Source: a virus
Taxonomy: Duplodnaviria > Caudoviricetes
DNA: 32,246 nt
Virus record (IMG/VR): IMGVR_UViG_3300014818_000018
Location: 1 to 32,246 of that record
Direction: 5' to 3' (one strand)
Below the pieces are notes generated by a model. It did no database searches. It had not been told where the DNA came from and worked only from the letters and a program-made list of their open reading frames with translations. This document shows positions 8,068 through 17,386 of this stretch, in pieces. Made by a program: the position numbers and the translations under genes. Positions within the stretch are counted from its first letter, which is position 1. Every line of letters starts with the position of its first letter.

Positions 8068-9660
8068 ATGGTAGGTTACACTCGCCAAGATACGGCAAAC
8101 AACATCGCTAACGGTAACGTAATTGATGCGGATGATCTCGACAGCGAGTTCAATGCTATTGAGGATGCTTTTAACTCGACTTCAGGCCACTCTCATGATG
8201 GTACTGCAGGTCAGGGTGCTCCTATCTCTAAGGTAGGTCCAGGCCAAGATATTATTGTAGGTACAACTAACGTGTTACCTAAAGCTAACAACATCATGGA
8301 CTTAGGCTCACAGGCTGCTCAGTTCAAGGATGCTTGGTTTGACGGTACAGTCTCTACTGATACTCTGATTGTTGGTAACAACAGCTACACAAACATCTCT
8401 AACAACGAGTATGATGTTACTTCAGGTGGTCTAACCTTTGATGTAGCAGGTGATATTACACTTGATGCAGATGGTGGTGATGTTGTCCTAAAAGACGGCG
8501 GCGTTACTTACGGTAGCCTTAAGGGTGTTTCTAACGAACTGTCTATCTATTCAGGTACAACAGAGGCTTTGGCACTTACAGGTTCAGATGTTGTAGCTCG
8601 TGGTGACTTAGATGTAACTACAAACGCTACTGTAGGCGGCACTATGTCTGTCACAGGTAACATGACTATCCCTACCGCTAACCTTACACTTAACTCAGGT
8701 AATGCAGTAATTGGTGGTACTCTAGGTGTTACAGGTCTAATCACAGGTAATATCTCTACCCTATCCAATCATACCACCAGTGGTCTAACTGAGGGTACTA
8801 ACCTGTACTACACCACAGCACGAGCACAAACAGATGCTAAGACTGCTATTTCTGTAACTGATGCAGGTGGTGACGGCAGTGTCACGTACTCAGCAGGTAC
8901 TATTACTTATACAGGTCCAAGTGCTGCAGAAACTCGTGCACACTTCTCAGCAGGTACAGGTGTAGCTTACTCAGGTGGTCAGTTCTCTATTGGTCAAGCC
9001 GTAGGTACATCATCTAACGTAACCTTTAACAACGCTATCGTTAACGGTAATCTAACTGTGAACGGTACAACAACTTCTGTTAACTCTAATGACGTAAACA
9101 TTGGTGACGCAACCCTAACGCTTAACTCTGATGAGACAGGTACACCTAGCCAAGACGCTGGTATCACCATTGAACGTGGTACATCTGCTAATAAGTCTTT
9201 CCACTGGGATGAGTCTGAGGATGAGTGGTCAACTTTCGGTGAACGTATTAAAGCTGGTAGTTTTGAAGGTTCATTAACAGGTAATGCCTCTACAGCAACT
9301 GCACTACAGACAGCACGTACTATTAACCTTACTGGTGACGTAACGGGTTCTGTATCATTCGATGGTACAGCTAACGTAAGTATTGCAGCTACTGTAGTAG
9401 ACGATCAACACAACCATGTTATTGGTGACATTGATGGTCTACAGACAGAAATCGACACTAAGGCTGAACTAGCAGGTTCTACTGGTCAGGCGTTCTCAGC
9501 AAGTACTTTAAACGCTACAACAGTAGACTTGGGTAATTGGACTGTCACACAGGAAGGGACAGACCTTAAGTTTGCCTATAATGGAACTAACCGAATGAAG
9601 TTAGACTCCTCTGGAAACCTAACCGTAGAAGGCAACGTCACAGCTTACGGGTCTGCATAA
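8068..9660 (+). CDS. Main tail fibre (530 aa)
   Basis: GYTRQ...IDADDLD.EFN.I..AF tail-attachment N-terminus; EG.NLYYT.AR, DAGI.IERG, GNA.TATAL.TARTI and H.H.I.DI.GLQ fibre motifs; ends GNVTAYGS. Confidence 0.85.
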   Translation: MVGYTRQDTANNIANGNVIDADDLDSEFNAIEDAFNSTSGHSHDGTAGQGAPISKVGPGQDIIVGTTNVLPKANNIMDLGSQAAQFKDAWFDGTVSTDTLIVGNNSYTNISNNEYDVTSGGLTFDVAGDITLDADGGDVVLKDGGVTYGSLKGVSNELSIYSGTTEALALTGSDVVARGDLDVTTNATVGGTMSVTGNMTIPTANLTLNSGNAVIGGTLGVTGLITGNISTLSNHTTSGLTEGTNLYYTTARAQTDAKTAISVTDAGGDGSVTYSAGTITYTGPSAAETRAHFSAGTGVAYSGGQFSIGQAVGTSSNVTFNNAIVNGNLTVNGTTTSVNSNDVNIGDATLTLNSDETGTPSQDAGITIERGTSANKSFHWDESEDEWSTFGERIKAGSFEGSLTGNASTATALQTARTINLTGDVTGSVSFDGTANVSIAATVVDDQHNHVIGDIDGLQTEIDTKAELAGSTGQAFSASTLNATTVDLGNWTVTQEGTDLKFAYNGTNRMKLDSSGNLTVEGNVTAYGSA

Positions 9661-10391
9661 TGGCTATTCAATCAACAGGGTTAATTACCCTTCAAGACAT
9701 TGAGGATGAGTTTGGTGGCACTGGGTCTGTCAGCCTCTCTGAGTATTACCGCAATGGTGCTTACGTAACATCAAACAACACGTCTGTGCCGAATAGTGGT
9801 GCCGCCATTAGCTTGTCTAACTTTTATGGTGCTGTTAATGGCCTGCTAGTTGAGTACGAGATTATTGGTGGTGGCGGTGGCGGTGGGTACGGCCAAGCCA
9901 ACTACCAAACAACTAATGGGAGCCGGGGCGGGACGGGTGGCACTTCATCTATTTCAGGATCAGGGTTCTCAACCAGGTCATCAACAGGTGGTATTGGGGG
10001 TCTCAACGGCCCCGTGCAGAGCCAGCCGCAGGGTGTTGCGGGTGCTGCTTCCGTTTACGGCTCTGGTGGTGCTGCTGTCGGTGACAAAACCCACGGCAAT
10101 GATGCACCATCAGCCTCATACGGAGCAGGCGGCGGTGGCGGTGGCGGAGATAACGCAGGTACCTACGGAACAGATGGCGCTGGAGGTAAGGGTGGTGCAG
10201 CGTCCAGTCGCATTACAGGTAATGTGGGGATTATACCTGTGGGAACTACTATTTCCGTTGTAGTAGGTAGCGGAGGCAGTGGCGGAACCCCTAACTATAC
10301 AGGTGGTGATGGGGCTAATGGCTACGTGCGCATCCGCAAAGATGGTGGTTCTTGGACTGCTTTCACTTCATCGGGCTCTTACACGGTTTAA
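9660..10391 (+). CDS. Glycine-rich fibre-tip adhesin (T-even gp38-like architecture, 243 aa)
   Basis: TAATG coupling to the fibre; MAIQS.G.I.L.DI..EFGG...SLSEYY...ISLSNFYG attachment segment followed by multiple GGGGG and GG.GG motifs. Confidence 0.75.
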   Translation: MAIQSTGLITLQDIEDEFGGTGSVSLSEYYRNGAYVTSNNTSVPNSGAAISLSNFYGAVNGLLVEYEIIGGGGGGGYGQANYQTTNGSRGGTGGTSSISGSGFSTRSSTGGIGGLNGPVQSQPQGVAGAASVYGSGGAAVGDKTHGNDAPSASYGAGGGGGGGDNAGTYGTDGAGGKGGAASSRITGNVGIIPVGTTISVVVGSGGSGGTPNYTGGDGANGYVRIRKDGGSWTAFTSSGSYTV

Positions 10392-10402
10392 GGATTTTTC
10401 AT

Positions 10403-10945
10403 ATGTCGGTAGGTACATACTTCGCTTCATTTAACGCAACTTTGGGTCAGCTAAGTGACGCTGTTTTGGAGGACATCAATGAGGTTGTATTCTGTTGTAG
10501 GGATGGGCTTGAAACCATCTGTGCCGTTACCCCCAGCTTATCCACTCTTACATCTATTGTAGGCACTGTCCCTGTTGAGGTTGAATCAGCCCTTACGGGT
10601 AGGTACTTTATTGACCTTGATAGCGTGAATACATCTGCTGTGAGGTTCTATGTGGATGGTGTTGGCGAAGGTGAAGTGCTTATCAATTACAACTATGATG
10701 CTTCCAATACATTGACGCAGAAAAAGATATACAAAGAAGGTTCTGATAAGTTTAATGTGGTCATAGATCGTTATGACGGGTCTGGATTGCTTGTGTCATC
10801 AAACGAGCCAGAGTCCCAAACGGATAGAACCTCTTGGACAGGGAGTGATCTTACTGCAGATACTGTTGAGGACAGCCCTTATAGGACACGATGGATGTCT
10901 AAGGGGCATAAGCCTCAATCTTACATATATGTATTAGGGTCTTAG
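10403..10945 (+). CDS. Hypothetical protein (180 aa; start revised to ATG 10403)
   Basis: TAAGGA at 10389-10394 precedes ATG 10403; no motif recognised. Confidence 0.6.
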   Translation: MSVGTYFASFNATLGQLSDAVLEDINEVVFCCRDGLETICAVTPSLSTLTSIVGTVPVEVESALTGRYFIDLDSVNTSAVRFYVDGVGEGEVLINYNYDASNTLTQKKIYKEGSDKFNVVIDRYDGSGLLVSSNEPESQTDRTSWTGSDLTADTVEDSPYRTRWMSKGHKPQSYIYVLGS

Positions 10946-10947
10946 TA

Positions 10948-11205
10948 ATGTCCCCAGTAACATTGACACATGATGAGCTAGAAGCTATGCTTGACCGTGC
11001 TGCTAAGCGTGGTGCTAGTGTAATTCTCTGTGAGTTGGGCCTTAAAGATGAGGATGCAGCAACAGACCTTCGAGAGATACGCGGCCTGCTCGTAACATGG
11101 CGTAACACACGTCTTAGTATCTGGAACACCTTCGTAAAGATAACAACAGTTGCCGTATTCGGCTTCATCGCTACAGCCATCTGGATGCAGCTAGGCAATA
11201 AGTAA
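10948..11205 (+). CDS. Small membrane protein, DUF6127-like (85 aa)
   Basis: ELE.ML.RAA.RGA...L..LGL.D..A..D.RE.R.LL..W followed by one C-terminal hydrophobic helix. Confidence 0.6.
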   Translation: MSPVTLTHDELEAMLDRAAKRGASVILCELGLKDEDAATDLREIRGLLVTWRNTRLSIWNTFVKITTVAVFGFIATAIWMQLGNK

Positions 11206-11216
11206 GGACTAATATT

Positions 11217-13283
11217 ATGGCTAAGAGATTTGGTGGTTTTACACCTGAACAGATGGGGAAGATTATCCCTGAGATGCAGGGTATGCAGGCTGATGAACAG
11301 GCTAAGTTCTTAGCTGCTACTCCTGGTGCTGCAGTACGTGTAGGTAAAATGGCAGAGGCTGCGCAGAAGCGTATTGGTATGGCTCAGGGAGGTATGGTCA
11401 AGTCAGGTTATGCTGAGGGTGGTTACGCTGATCAACAGGCTGATCTTGATAAAGCCCAAGCAGCGGCTGCAGCTGAAGCTAAAGCCTTAAGCGATGCTCA
11501 GCAGAAACTAGCCCTTAACCCTAAAGACAAAGCTGCTCAGGCTGCAGTAACTGCGGCTGAGGCTGCTAATGCGGCAGCTGGTGCAGGGGTCTCTGGGGCA
11601 AACACTGCCTTGGGACTAACAGGTATGCCGACTGCTACAGAAGCTTCAACAGGTGCTTTTAACGATCCTACAAGTATGGTTGGTAAAGCAGACGTTGTTG
11701 AGATCAGTGACGAAGATAAGGCTGCGGGTACTATTGAAGCGGGTACAGGTCAAGCAGGCGATGCTGCAACTGGTACAGTTACTACTGCAGAAGGTGCGGC
11801 AGATGTCTCTGCTCCTGCTGTTACTGAGGCTGCAACATACGAACCTCTAGAAGCCACTGCAGGTGTAGAAGACGTATTGTCTCGTCTAGAAGCGGCTACA
11901 GGTAAACCTAGTGCTGACGCTCTGGCTGACGCAGCTACAATGAAACCTGAAGCTTTGGCTCAACTAGGTTTAACAGTAGCTCAGATCGAACAAGCACAAA
12001 CAGTTAACGCGCCAGATGCTCGTGAAGTAGAAGAAGGTGAACTAATTAGCGGATCTACCGTTGATCGTGATGCAGTAGACGAACGTACAGGCTTTGAAGC
12101 AGCTACAGGTTCACCATCATCTGACGCGACTGTCCAAGGGCAGTTGACTGGTCTGATGGAAGACTTTGAGGGTTCAGAACCGCCAGCTTGGGCTGCAGGT
12201 GCTTTACGCGGTGCCGCTGCTGCAATGGCTGCTCGTGGTTTGTCTAGTTCGTCTATGGCGGGTCAAGCAATGATCCAAGCGGCTATGGAATCAGCCATGC
12301 CAATCGCTGTTCAGGACGCTAATACTAATGCTTCGTTTGAGACTCAGAACTTGTCTAACAAGCAACAGGCTGCAATGTTTGCTGCTGAACAACGAGCTAA
12401 GTTTCTTGACCTAGAGTTCAGCCAAGACTTCCAGGCACGAGTAGTTAACGCTTCTAAGATCTCAGACATTGCTAATATGAACTTTAGTGCTGAGCAACAG
12501 ATTGCGTTAGAAAATGCTCGTATGGCTCAGACAGTAGACTTAACTAACCTTAACGCTACTAATGCCAAGGTTATGGCTGATGCTGCTGCTATGACTCAGC
12601 TAGATCTAACTAACCTAGATAACCGTCAGAAGGCTCAGGTGCAGAATGCACAGGCTTTCCTAGAGATGGACATGGCTAACCTAGACAATGAACAACAAGT
12701 CTCAATGTTTAAGACACAGCAAACAGCTAATGCTCTATTGTCTGATGCGGCTGCAACTAACGCAGCTTCCCAGTTCAATGCTTCTTCTAAGAATCAAACA
12801 GACCAGTTCTTTGCTAACTTAACTACGCAGGTTGCTCAGTTTAATACTGCTCAAACTAATGCAATGTCTCAGTTCAATGCTGGTGAGACTAATGCCTTAG
12901 AGCAGTTCAATACTCTACAGCAAAACCAACGTGATCAGTTCAACGCACAGAACCACTTGGTTGTAGCTCAAGCCAATGCGCAGTGGTCTCAAAACATCAC
13001 AACTACAGAGAACGCGGCAGCTAACCAAGCTAACCGTGATCAGATGTTAGCAGCAAACAACTTAACAACTACAGCGTATAACAACCTCCTTCAAACAGAG
13101 CGAGACATAATGTCTTGGGCTTGGTCTAGTGCAGAAAGCGCTATGGAGCGAGATACTAAGATTATGATTGCGGATATTGAAGCTAGTGCCTCAGCAGACT
13201 CAAAAACAAGTGCCCTTTCTGCTGCCGCTGGTGGTTTCCTTTCTCGTCTTGCTCTCAACGCAGCAGACCACTTCTGGAAGTAA
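11217..13283 (+). CDS. Internal virion/ejection (DNA pilot-like) protein, A/Q/N-rich (688 aa)
   Basis: TAAGGA RBS; acidic Ala-rich N-half; GLSSSSMAGQA; long Q/N-rich helical region with 11-residue QFN repeats. Confidence 0.7.
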   Translation: MAKRFGGFTPEQMGKIIPEMQGMQADEQAKFLAATPGAAVRVGKMAEAAQKRIGMAQGGMVKSGYAEGGYADQQADLDKAQAAAAAEAKALSDAQQKLALNPKDKAAQAAVTAAEAANAAAGAGVSGANTALGLTGMPTATEASTGAFNDPTSMVGKADVVEISDEDKAAGTIEAGTGQAGDAATGTVTTAEGAADVSAPAVTEAATYEPLEATAGVEDVLSRLEAATGKPSADALADAATMKPEALAQLGLTVAQIEQAQTVNAPDAREVEEGELISGSTVDRDAVDERTGFEAATGSPSSDATVQGQLTGLMEDFEGSEPPAWAAGALRGAAAAMAARGLSSSSMAGQAMIQAAMESAMPIAVQDANTNASFETQNLSNKQQAAMFAAEQRAKFLDLEFSQDFQARVVNASKISDIANMNFSAEQQIALENARMAQTVDLTNLNATNAKVMADAAAMTQLDLTNLDNRQKAQVQNAQAFLEMDMANLDNEQQVSMFKTQQTANALLSDAAATNAASQFNASSKNQTDQFFANLTTQVAQFNTAQTNAMSQFNAGETNALEQFNTLQQNQRDQFNAQNHLVVAQANAQWSQNITTTENAAANQANRDQMLAANNLTTTAYNNLLQTERDIMSWAWSSAESAMERDTKIMIADIEASASADSKTSALSAAAGGFLSRLALNAADHFWK

Positions 13284-13305
13284 TAGGGTCTCAAAGGATT
13301 ACATA

Positions 13306-14901
13306 ATGACTTACCAAGCACCTACAACCTCTCTGAGACCAAAGTCTCGTCCGACGACGGTTAGTTCTTCACCAAGACCACCTTCTCGTCCTAGCCAGAA
13401 ATCCTCTACACCTACGGACAATTCATCCTTTGGCTCGTTTGTGTCTCCTACAAACACAGGTTCAGGTGGTTTAGCTTCTCCAACTAAGCCTAAGAAACAA
13501 GAAGAAAAGCTGTCTATGGTAGATCGCTTCTGGTCTCTGTTTGATTCTACTGGTGGTACTGTATCAGAGGATGATACAACTTCTTCTTCAGAACGTGCCC
13601 TTAGTTTCTATGACACTGTAGATATGACGTTACCTGAGGTTCCTCAAGTGTCTATGCCTTCTGAACTAGCGCCTACGGAGCTTGACCCGTATGTAGGTGC
13701 CGTAGGAACAGGCAATCGTGATGTAGCTCCCAATACTATGGACTCTTACTTGAAGGGTGATGCAGGTCTTGAGGCAATTATGCCGCCCGCTTCTACAGGT
13801 CTTATGACACGTCCTGCACAAGGCGGTGTATCAGAGATTGATACAAGTGCTGATGCACCTGAGTCAGAGCCTGCAGAACCTTCCTCTCGTTTAGATGATA
13901 AGGGCAGGGAGGTTTCACAGTATGAGGTAGGCCTTTATTCTGAAGTAGAGTCCGATAAAATAAGAGGTGTTCAAGGTGTTTTATCTAGGTTAGGTTACGT
14001 ACCTAGAGGTATTGACGGTTCCAATGGTGCTGGAACAAGGTCTGCTATAAGGCATTACCAAAGAGCAAATGCGCTACCTGTGACAGGCGAAGCCGATGCA
14101 GCCACATTAACCTCTTTAAAAAAGCCTAACACAGCTACAGGGTTTACCTTTTCGGATGCTACCGATGGTCTCTACACCAACTATGTAGATGACGGGATTG
14201 AGGGTGCTGGCCACCACCTAGGAGGTGCAGACTACAGAGATGTGGGTATCACATTAGAAGCTGGTATTGTTCCAGATAGCGGTCTCAAGTATAAGCATAA
14301 CGGTACCGTGATAGACCTGCCTAATAACAGAGCACAGCGTTGGTCTGTTCTAAGTGATGCGGGAGTAACACGAAGAAACTTTGATACAGGTAACGTAATC
14401 ACTGATGATGTAGTAAAGGCAGGTATCAGGAGAAAAGATTATTCTAGTGACGAAGACTTCACTAAGGCTGTTCTAACAGGCTTTCAGGATAAAGCAGAAG
14501 ACACTTGGGTCAGCTTAGGTTACGATAGAGACACCTTTAACACAGATGCTCGAAAGACTTTAGCTGACATGGCTTGGAACGCAGGAACAGATGCAATAGG
14601 TTACAACTCTATGCGCCCTGTTTTAACAGAGTTAGCTAAGGACGTAGAAAGTAGAGATACGACAGCTATGCGAGGCCTCCTAAACACGGCACCTACACAG
14701 TCGGGACGTATCCTTGGCGGTGTGATGAAGCGTAGAGCTATACAATACAACTGGTCGGTACCAGAAGAAGATAGGATTGAAAGAGTCACCTCATCCAGCC
14801 GTACTGGTCAAGGGGTCTACCACTACGCAAACGGCGACACATACACTATCTCAAGAACTAATGGTGCCGATACTCAAGACGAAAGGGTTCCAACTCTATA
14901 A
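13306..14901 (+). CDS. Peptidoglycan-binding, lysozyme-like protein (531 aa; start revised to ATG 13306)
   Basis: AAAGGA RBS. PG_binding_1 pattern VQ..L.RLGY....IDG..G..TRSAIR.YQ....LPVTG.AD..T. C-terminal LADMAWNAG and GRILGGVMKRRA resemble GH24 motifs. Confidence 0.7.
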   Translation: MTYQAPTTSLRPKSRPTTVSSSPRPPSRPSQKSSTPTDNSSFGSFVSPTNTGSGGLASPTKPKKQEEKLSMVDRFWSLFDSTGGTVSEDDTTSSSERALSFYDTVDMTLPEVPQVSMPSELAPTELDPYVGAVGTGNRDVAPNTMDSYLKGDAGLEAIMPPASTGLMTRPAQGGVSEIDTSADAPESEPAEPSSRLDDKGREVSQYEVGLYSEVESDKIRGVQGVLSRLGYVPRGIDGSNGAGTRSAIRHYQRANALPVTGEADAATLTSLKKPNTATGFTFSDATDGLYTNYVDDGIEGAGHHLGGADYRDVGITLEAGIVPDSGLKYKHNGTVIDLPNNRAQRWSVLSDAGVTRRNFDTGNVITDDVVKAGIRRKDYSSDEDFTKAVLTGFQDKAEDTWVSLGYDRDTFNTDARKTLADMAWNAGTDAIGYNSMRPVLTELAKDVESRDTTAMRGLLNTAPTQSGRILGGVMKRRAIQYNWSVPEEDRIERVTSSSRTGQGVYHYANGDTYTISRTNGADTQDERVPTL

Positions 14902-15323
14902 TGTTTGGCTTACCTTTAGAACTCATCACAATGTTATTCTCAACGATCCTAGGTGGCGTAATGTCCATCTGGGGTCAATCTAATAAGAACAAGGCTGAAC
15001 ACCAACGCGCATTAGTTGGTGCAGTTAGCCAAGCACGTGAGCACGGCAAGACAGACGTACACTTTGCATGGACACGCCGTATCATTGCTCTATCTGCTGT
15101 GTTCTCTATTATCGTATTGCCAAAGCTAGTGGCTGTATGGTATCCTGAAGTAAGCGTAGTAGTAGGTTATACAGAGATGCAGGGTGGTTTCTGGAACTGG
15201 ATCTTTGGTACTACCGAGGCTATTGAATGGAAGTCTGCTTATGGCTTCGTAATAACCCCCCTAGACACTCATATTGTTTCAGCCATTGTAGGACTCTACT
15301 TCGGCGCAGGTTTCACAAAGTAA
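14901..15323 (+). CDS. Holin-like membrane protein, 3 predicted TM segments (140 aa)
   Basis: Hydrophobic N-terminal helix, W.RRIIAL... helix and terminal IVGLYFG; TAATG-coupled to the muramidase-like gene. Confidence 0.55.
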   Translation: MFGLPLELITMLFSTILGGVMSIWGQSNKNKAEHQRALVGAVSQAREHGKTDVHFAWTRRIIALSAVFSIIVLPKLVAVWYPEVSVVVGYTEMQGGFWNWIFGTTEAIEWKSAYGFVITPLDTHIVSAIVGLYFGAGFTK

Positions 15324-15332
15324 GGTATTATA

Positions 15333-15872
15333 ATGTTTGAAGCACCCATTCCAGGTCAGTCCTTGACTACAGAACCCCGTAACGTCCCTTGGGAGAACCC
15401 TGCTGAATTGTCAGACGTGGGTGAGATCCTTGAGTTCTACATCAAAAAGTTAGCTAATGACGAAGTTATGGATGACATTGTAGCCATGCTCGACATGGGT
15501 GTCTCTGTTAAGTCTGTTGTTACAGGTCTTTACAGACAAGGCGCTCTAAGAGGTATGCACACAGTAGACGCAGGTATCCTTGTAGCTCCTACTCTTCACG
15601 CCTTTATCTTTGCAGCCGCTAAAGAGATGGGTACAGATGTTATTGAAGAGAATGTTGACCCAGACAAACGTGCTTCACGTAAAGAGAAGGATCGTTTCAT
15701 CGCCTTGACTATGAAGTATATGGAATCAGGTGTTGAAGAAGACGAAGGTACTGACTTGCTAAAAGACATGTCAGAAGCCTTGGCAGAGGGATCAGACGAT
15801 GAACCTCAAGAAGAACCTACGATGGAACCACAAGAAGAAGCCCCTATGGGTCTCATGGCTAAAGGAGCTTAA
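15333..15872 (+). CDS. Putative virion protein (179 aa)
   Basis: F.APIPGQSLT.EP...PWE.P N-terminus; acidic tail ending GLMAKGA. Confidence 0.6.
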   Translation: MFEAPIPGQSLTTEPRNVPWENPAELSDVGEILEFYIKKLANDEVMDDIVAMLDMGVSVKSVVTGLYRQGALRGMHTVDAGILVAPTLHAFIFAAAKEMGTDVIEENVDPDKRASRKEKDRFIALTMKYMESGVEEDEGTDLLKDMSEALAEGSDDEPQEEPTMEPQEEAPMGLMAKGA

Positions 15873-15874
15873 TC

Positions 15875-17386
15875 ATGGCGTTTAATTGGGAAGACTTCGC
15901 TGCGGGGTTTCTACAGCAGACTAATGTAGAGTTAGACGCAAGGTCTGCTGAAGCGGAGACACTGAAGCGTGAGCAAAAAGTAGAGGCTCGTCGTAACGCT
16001 CCTCTTATTCAACAACGTAAAGCACGTGCTCGTCAAGCTGCTCAACTAGGTTCAAAGGCTAAGGCTCTTGGTGCTACAGACGCACAACTTGCAGTAGCGT
16101 TAAACTCAGGTGTAGCTGGTATTCAAGACTTCACAAATAAACTTCAACAAGCTGCGTCGCAACGAGGTATCAAGACCTTGAGCAAGTTTGACATTGAAGC
16201 TATTATTGATATGCCTGACATTCCTTCTGTAGATATGTCCTACGAAGATATGGTTCAGCAGGTCTATGGTGCACGGCCAACTCAAACAGAAGTTCAGGGC
16301 GAAACTCCCTTCTGGGCACAGGCTCTAGGTCTTACTGCAGTTCAGGATGCTGAGCGTGAATTGGCCACAGATACTTTCTCACAAGGTATGACTATCCAAC
16401 AGATCAACGACATGGCTGCGTCTAGCGAGTATTCTAAGATTGCAGGTATGGAAGGTTCGTTTGTCAATTACTTGGATACTCCATTCTTTGATAGCCCTAA
16501 AGCACTCGACTTTGTAACTACAATGTCTAAGACTATTTCAGACGTGGAAGAGACAAGAGGCTTTACAGAATTAAATTATGACTTAGAACAAAAAGTTAAT
16601 CGTGGTGAAATATCCCGTGAAGACGCCTCAGAGAAACTTGCAAGTTATGTAGCAGAAGCAGCTAACCTTGAAACATCTTTGATCGGTATGGGAGACGCTT
16701 ACAAGTCTTCCTTCTTCACAAACCCTGTTATGCAGAAGTTCTTTGAGGACTATCTACCTGAAGGTATGTTAGACAGGGTTTCTAAACCTTACACAACACC
16801 TCAGTCTGTAGAAGATTCTGTAGCTGAAGATGTTCCTGCTGCTGTATCTGATGATGTGGCTAGTGACGTAGCTAAGCCAGGTGAAGCAACCGTACCTGAG
16901 GTTACTACGACAGAGTTGAAAGACGAGACTACCTTTGAACCTTTAACTACTGAAGAAAAGGCTTTGATTAACAAACGTCTAGGTATGTTCGCTATCTTCT
17001 CAGAGCCAGAAGACAAGTATGTAGAAGATTACACGCGTGAACAGTGGAAAAAGATGAAGCGTAGCGAACGTAAACGTCTAGGCCTGCCTGAGTCTGCACT
17101 AGGTGGCAAGAACATTTACTTCCGTGATGAAATCCAAGAGATCTTAGATGACGGTCCTAAGGAAAGCAGTCTGCGTAAGAACTTCAACCAGACACGCTAC
17201 AAGGTAAAAGTTCGTGGTAAGATCGGTGCTTTCCACGTCACCAAAGAACAGTTCGAAGCTATGGACGACAAGTGGTTCGAGGGTGATCGACCAGAGTTGA
17301 CCGCTGAGGTCTATGAGGATGACGAAGATAACGTCAAGAAACTCACATCTAAACTTATGAAACGCTACACTACAGGAGCTAAATAA
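15875..17386 (+). CDS. Putative internal virion protein (503 aa)
   Basis: AAGGAG RBS; F.AGF N-terminus, helical and charged; positioned like T7 gp15. Confidence 0.55.
   Translation: MAFNWEDFAAGFLQQTNVELDARSAEAETLKREQKVEARRNAPLIQQRKARARQAAQLGSKAKALGATDAQLAVALNSGVAGIQDFTNKLQQAASQRGIKTLSKFDIEAIIDMPDIPSVDMSYEDMVQQVYGARPTQTEVQGETPFWAQALGLTAVQDAERELATDTFSQGMTIQQINDMAASSEYSKIAGMEGSFVNYLDTPFFDSPKALDFVTTMSKTISDVEETRGFTELNYDLEQKVNRGEISREDASEKLASYVAEAANLETSLIGMGDAYKSSFFTNPVMQKFFEDYLPEGMLDRVSKPYTTPQSVEDSVAEDVPAAVSDDVASDVAKPGEATVPEVTTTELKDETTFEPLTTEEKALINKRLGMFAIFSEPEDKYVEDYTREQWKKMKRSERKRLGLPESALGGKNIYFRDEIQEILDDGPKESSLRKNFNQTRYKVKVRGKIGAFHVTKEQFEAMDDKWFEGDRPELTAEVYEDDEDNVKKLTSKLMKRYTTGAK

Noticed and set aside
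13168-13305. 46-aa N-terminal extension of the lysin-like ORF
   Set aside because: It overlaps the upstream gene by 116 nt, and a clear RBS precedes ATG 13306.
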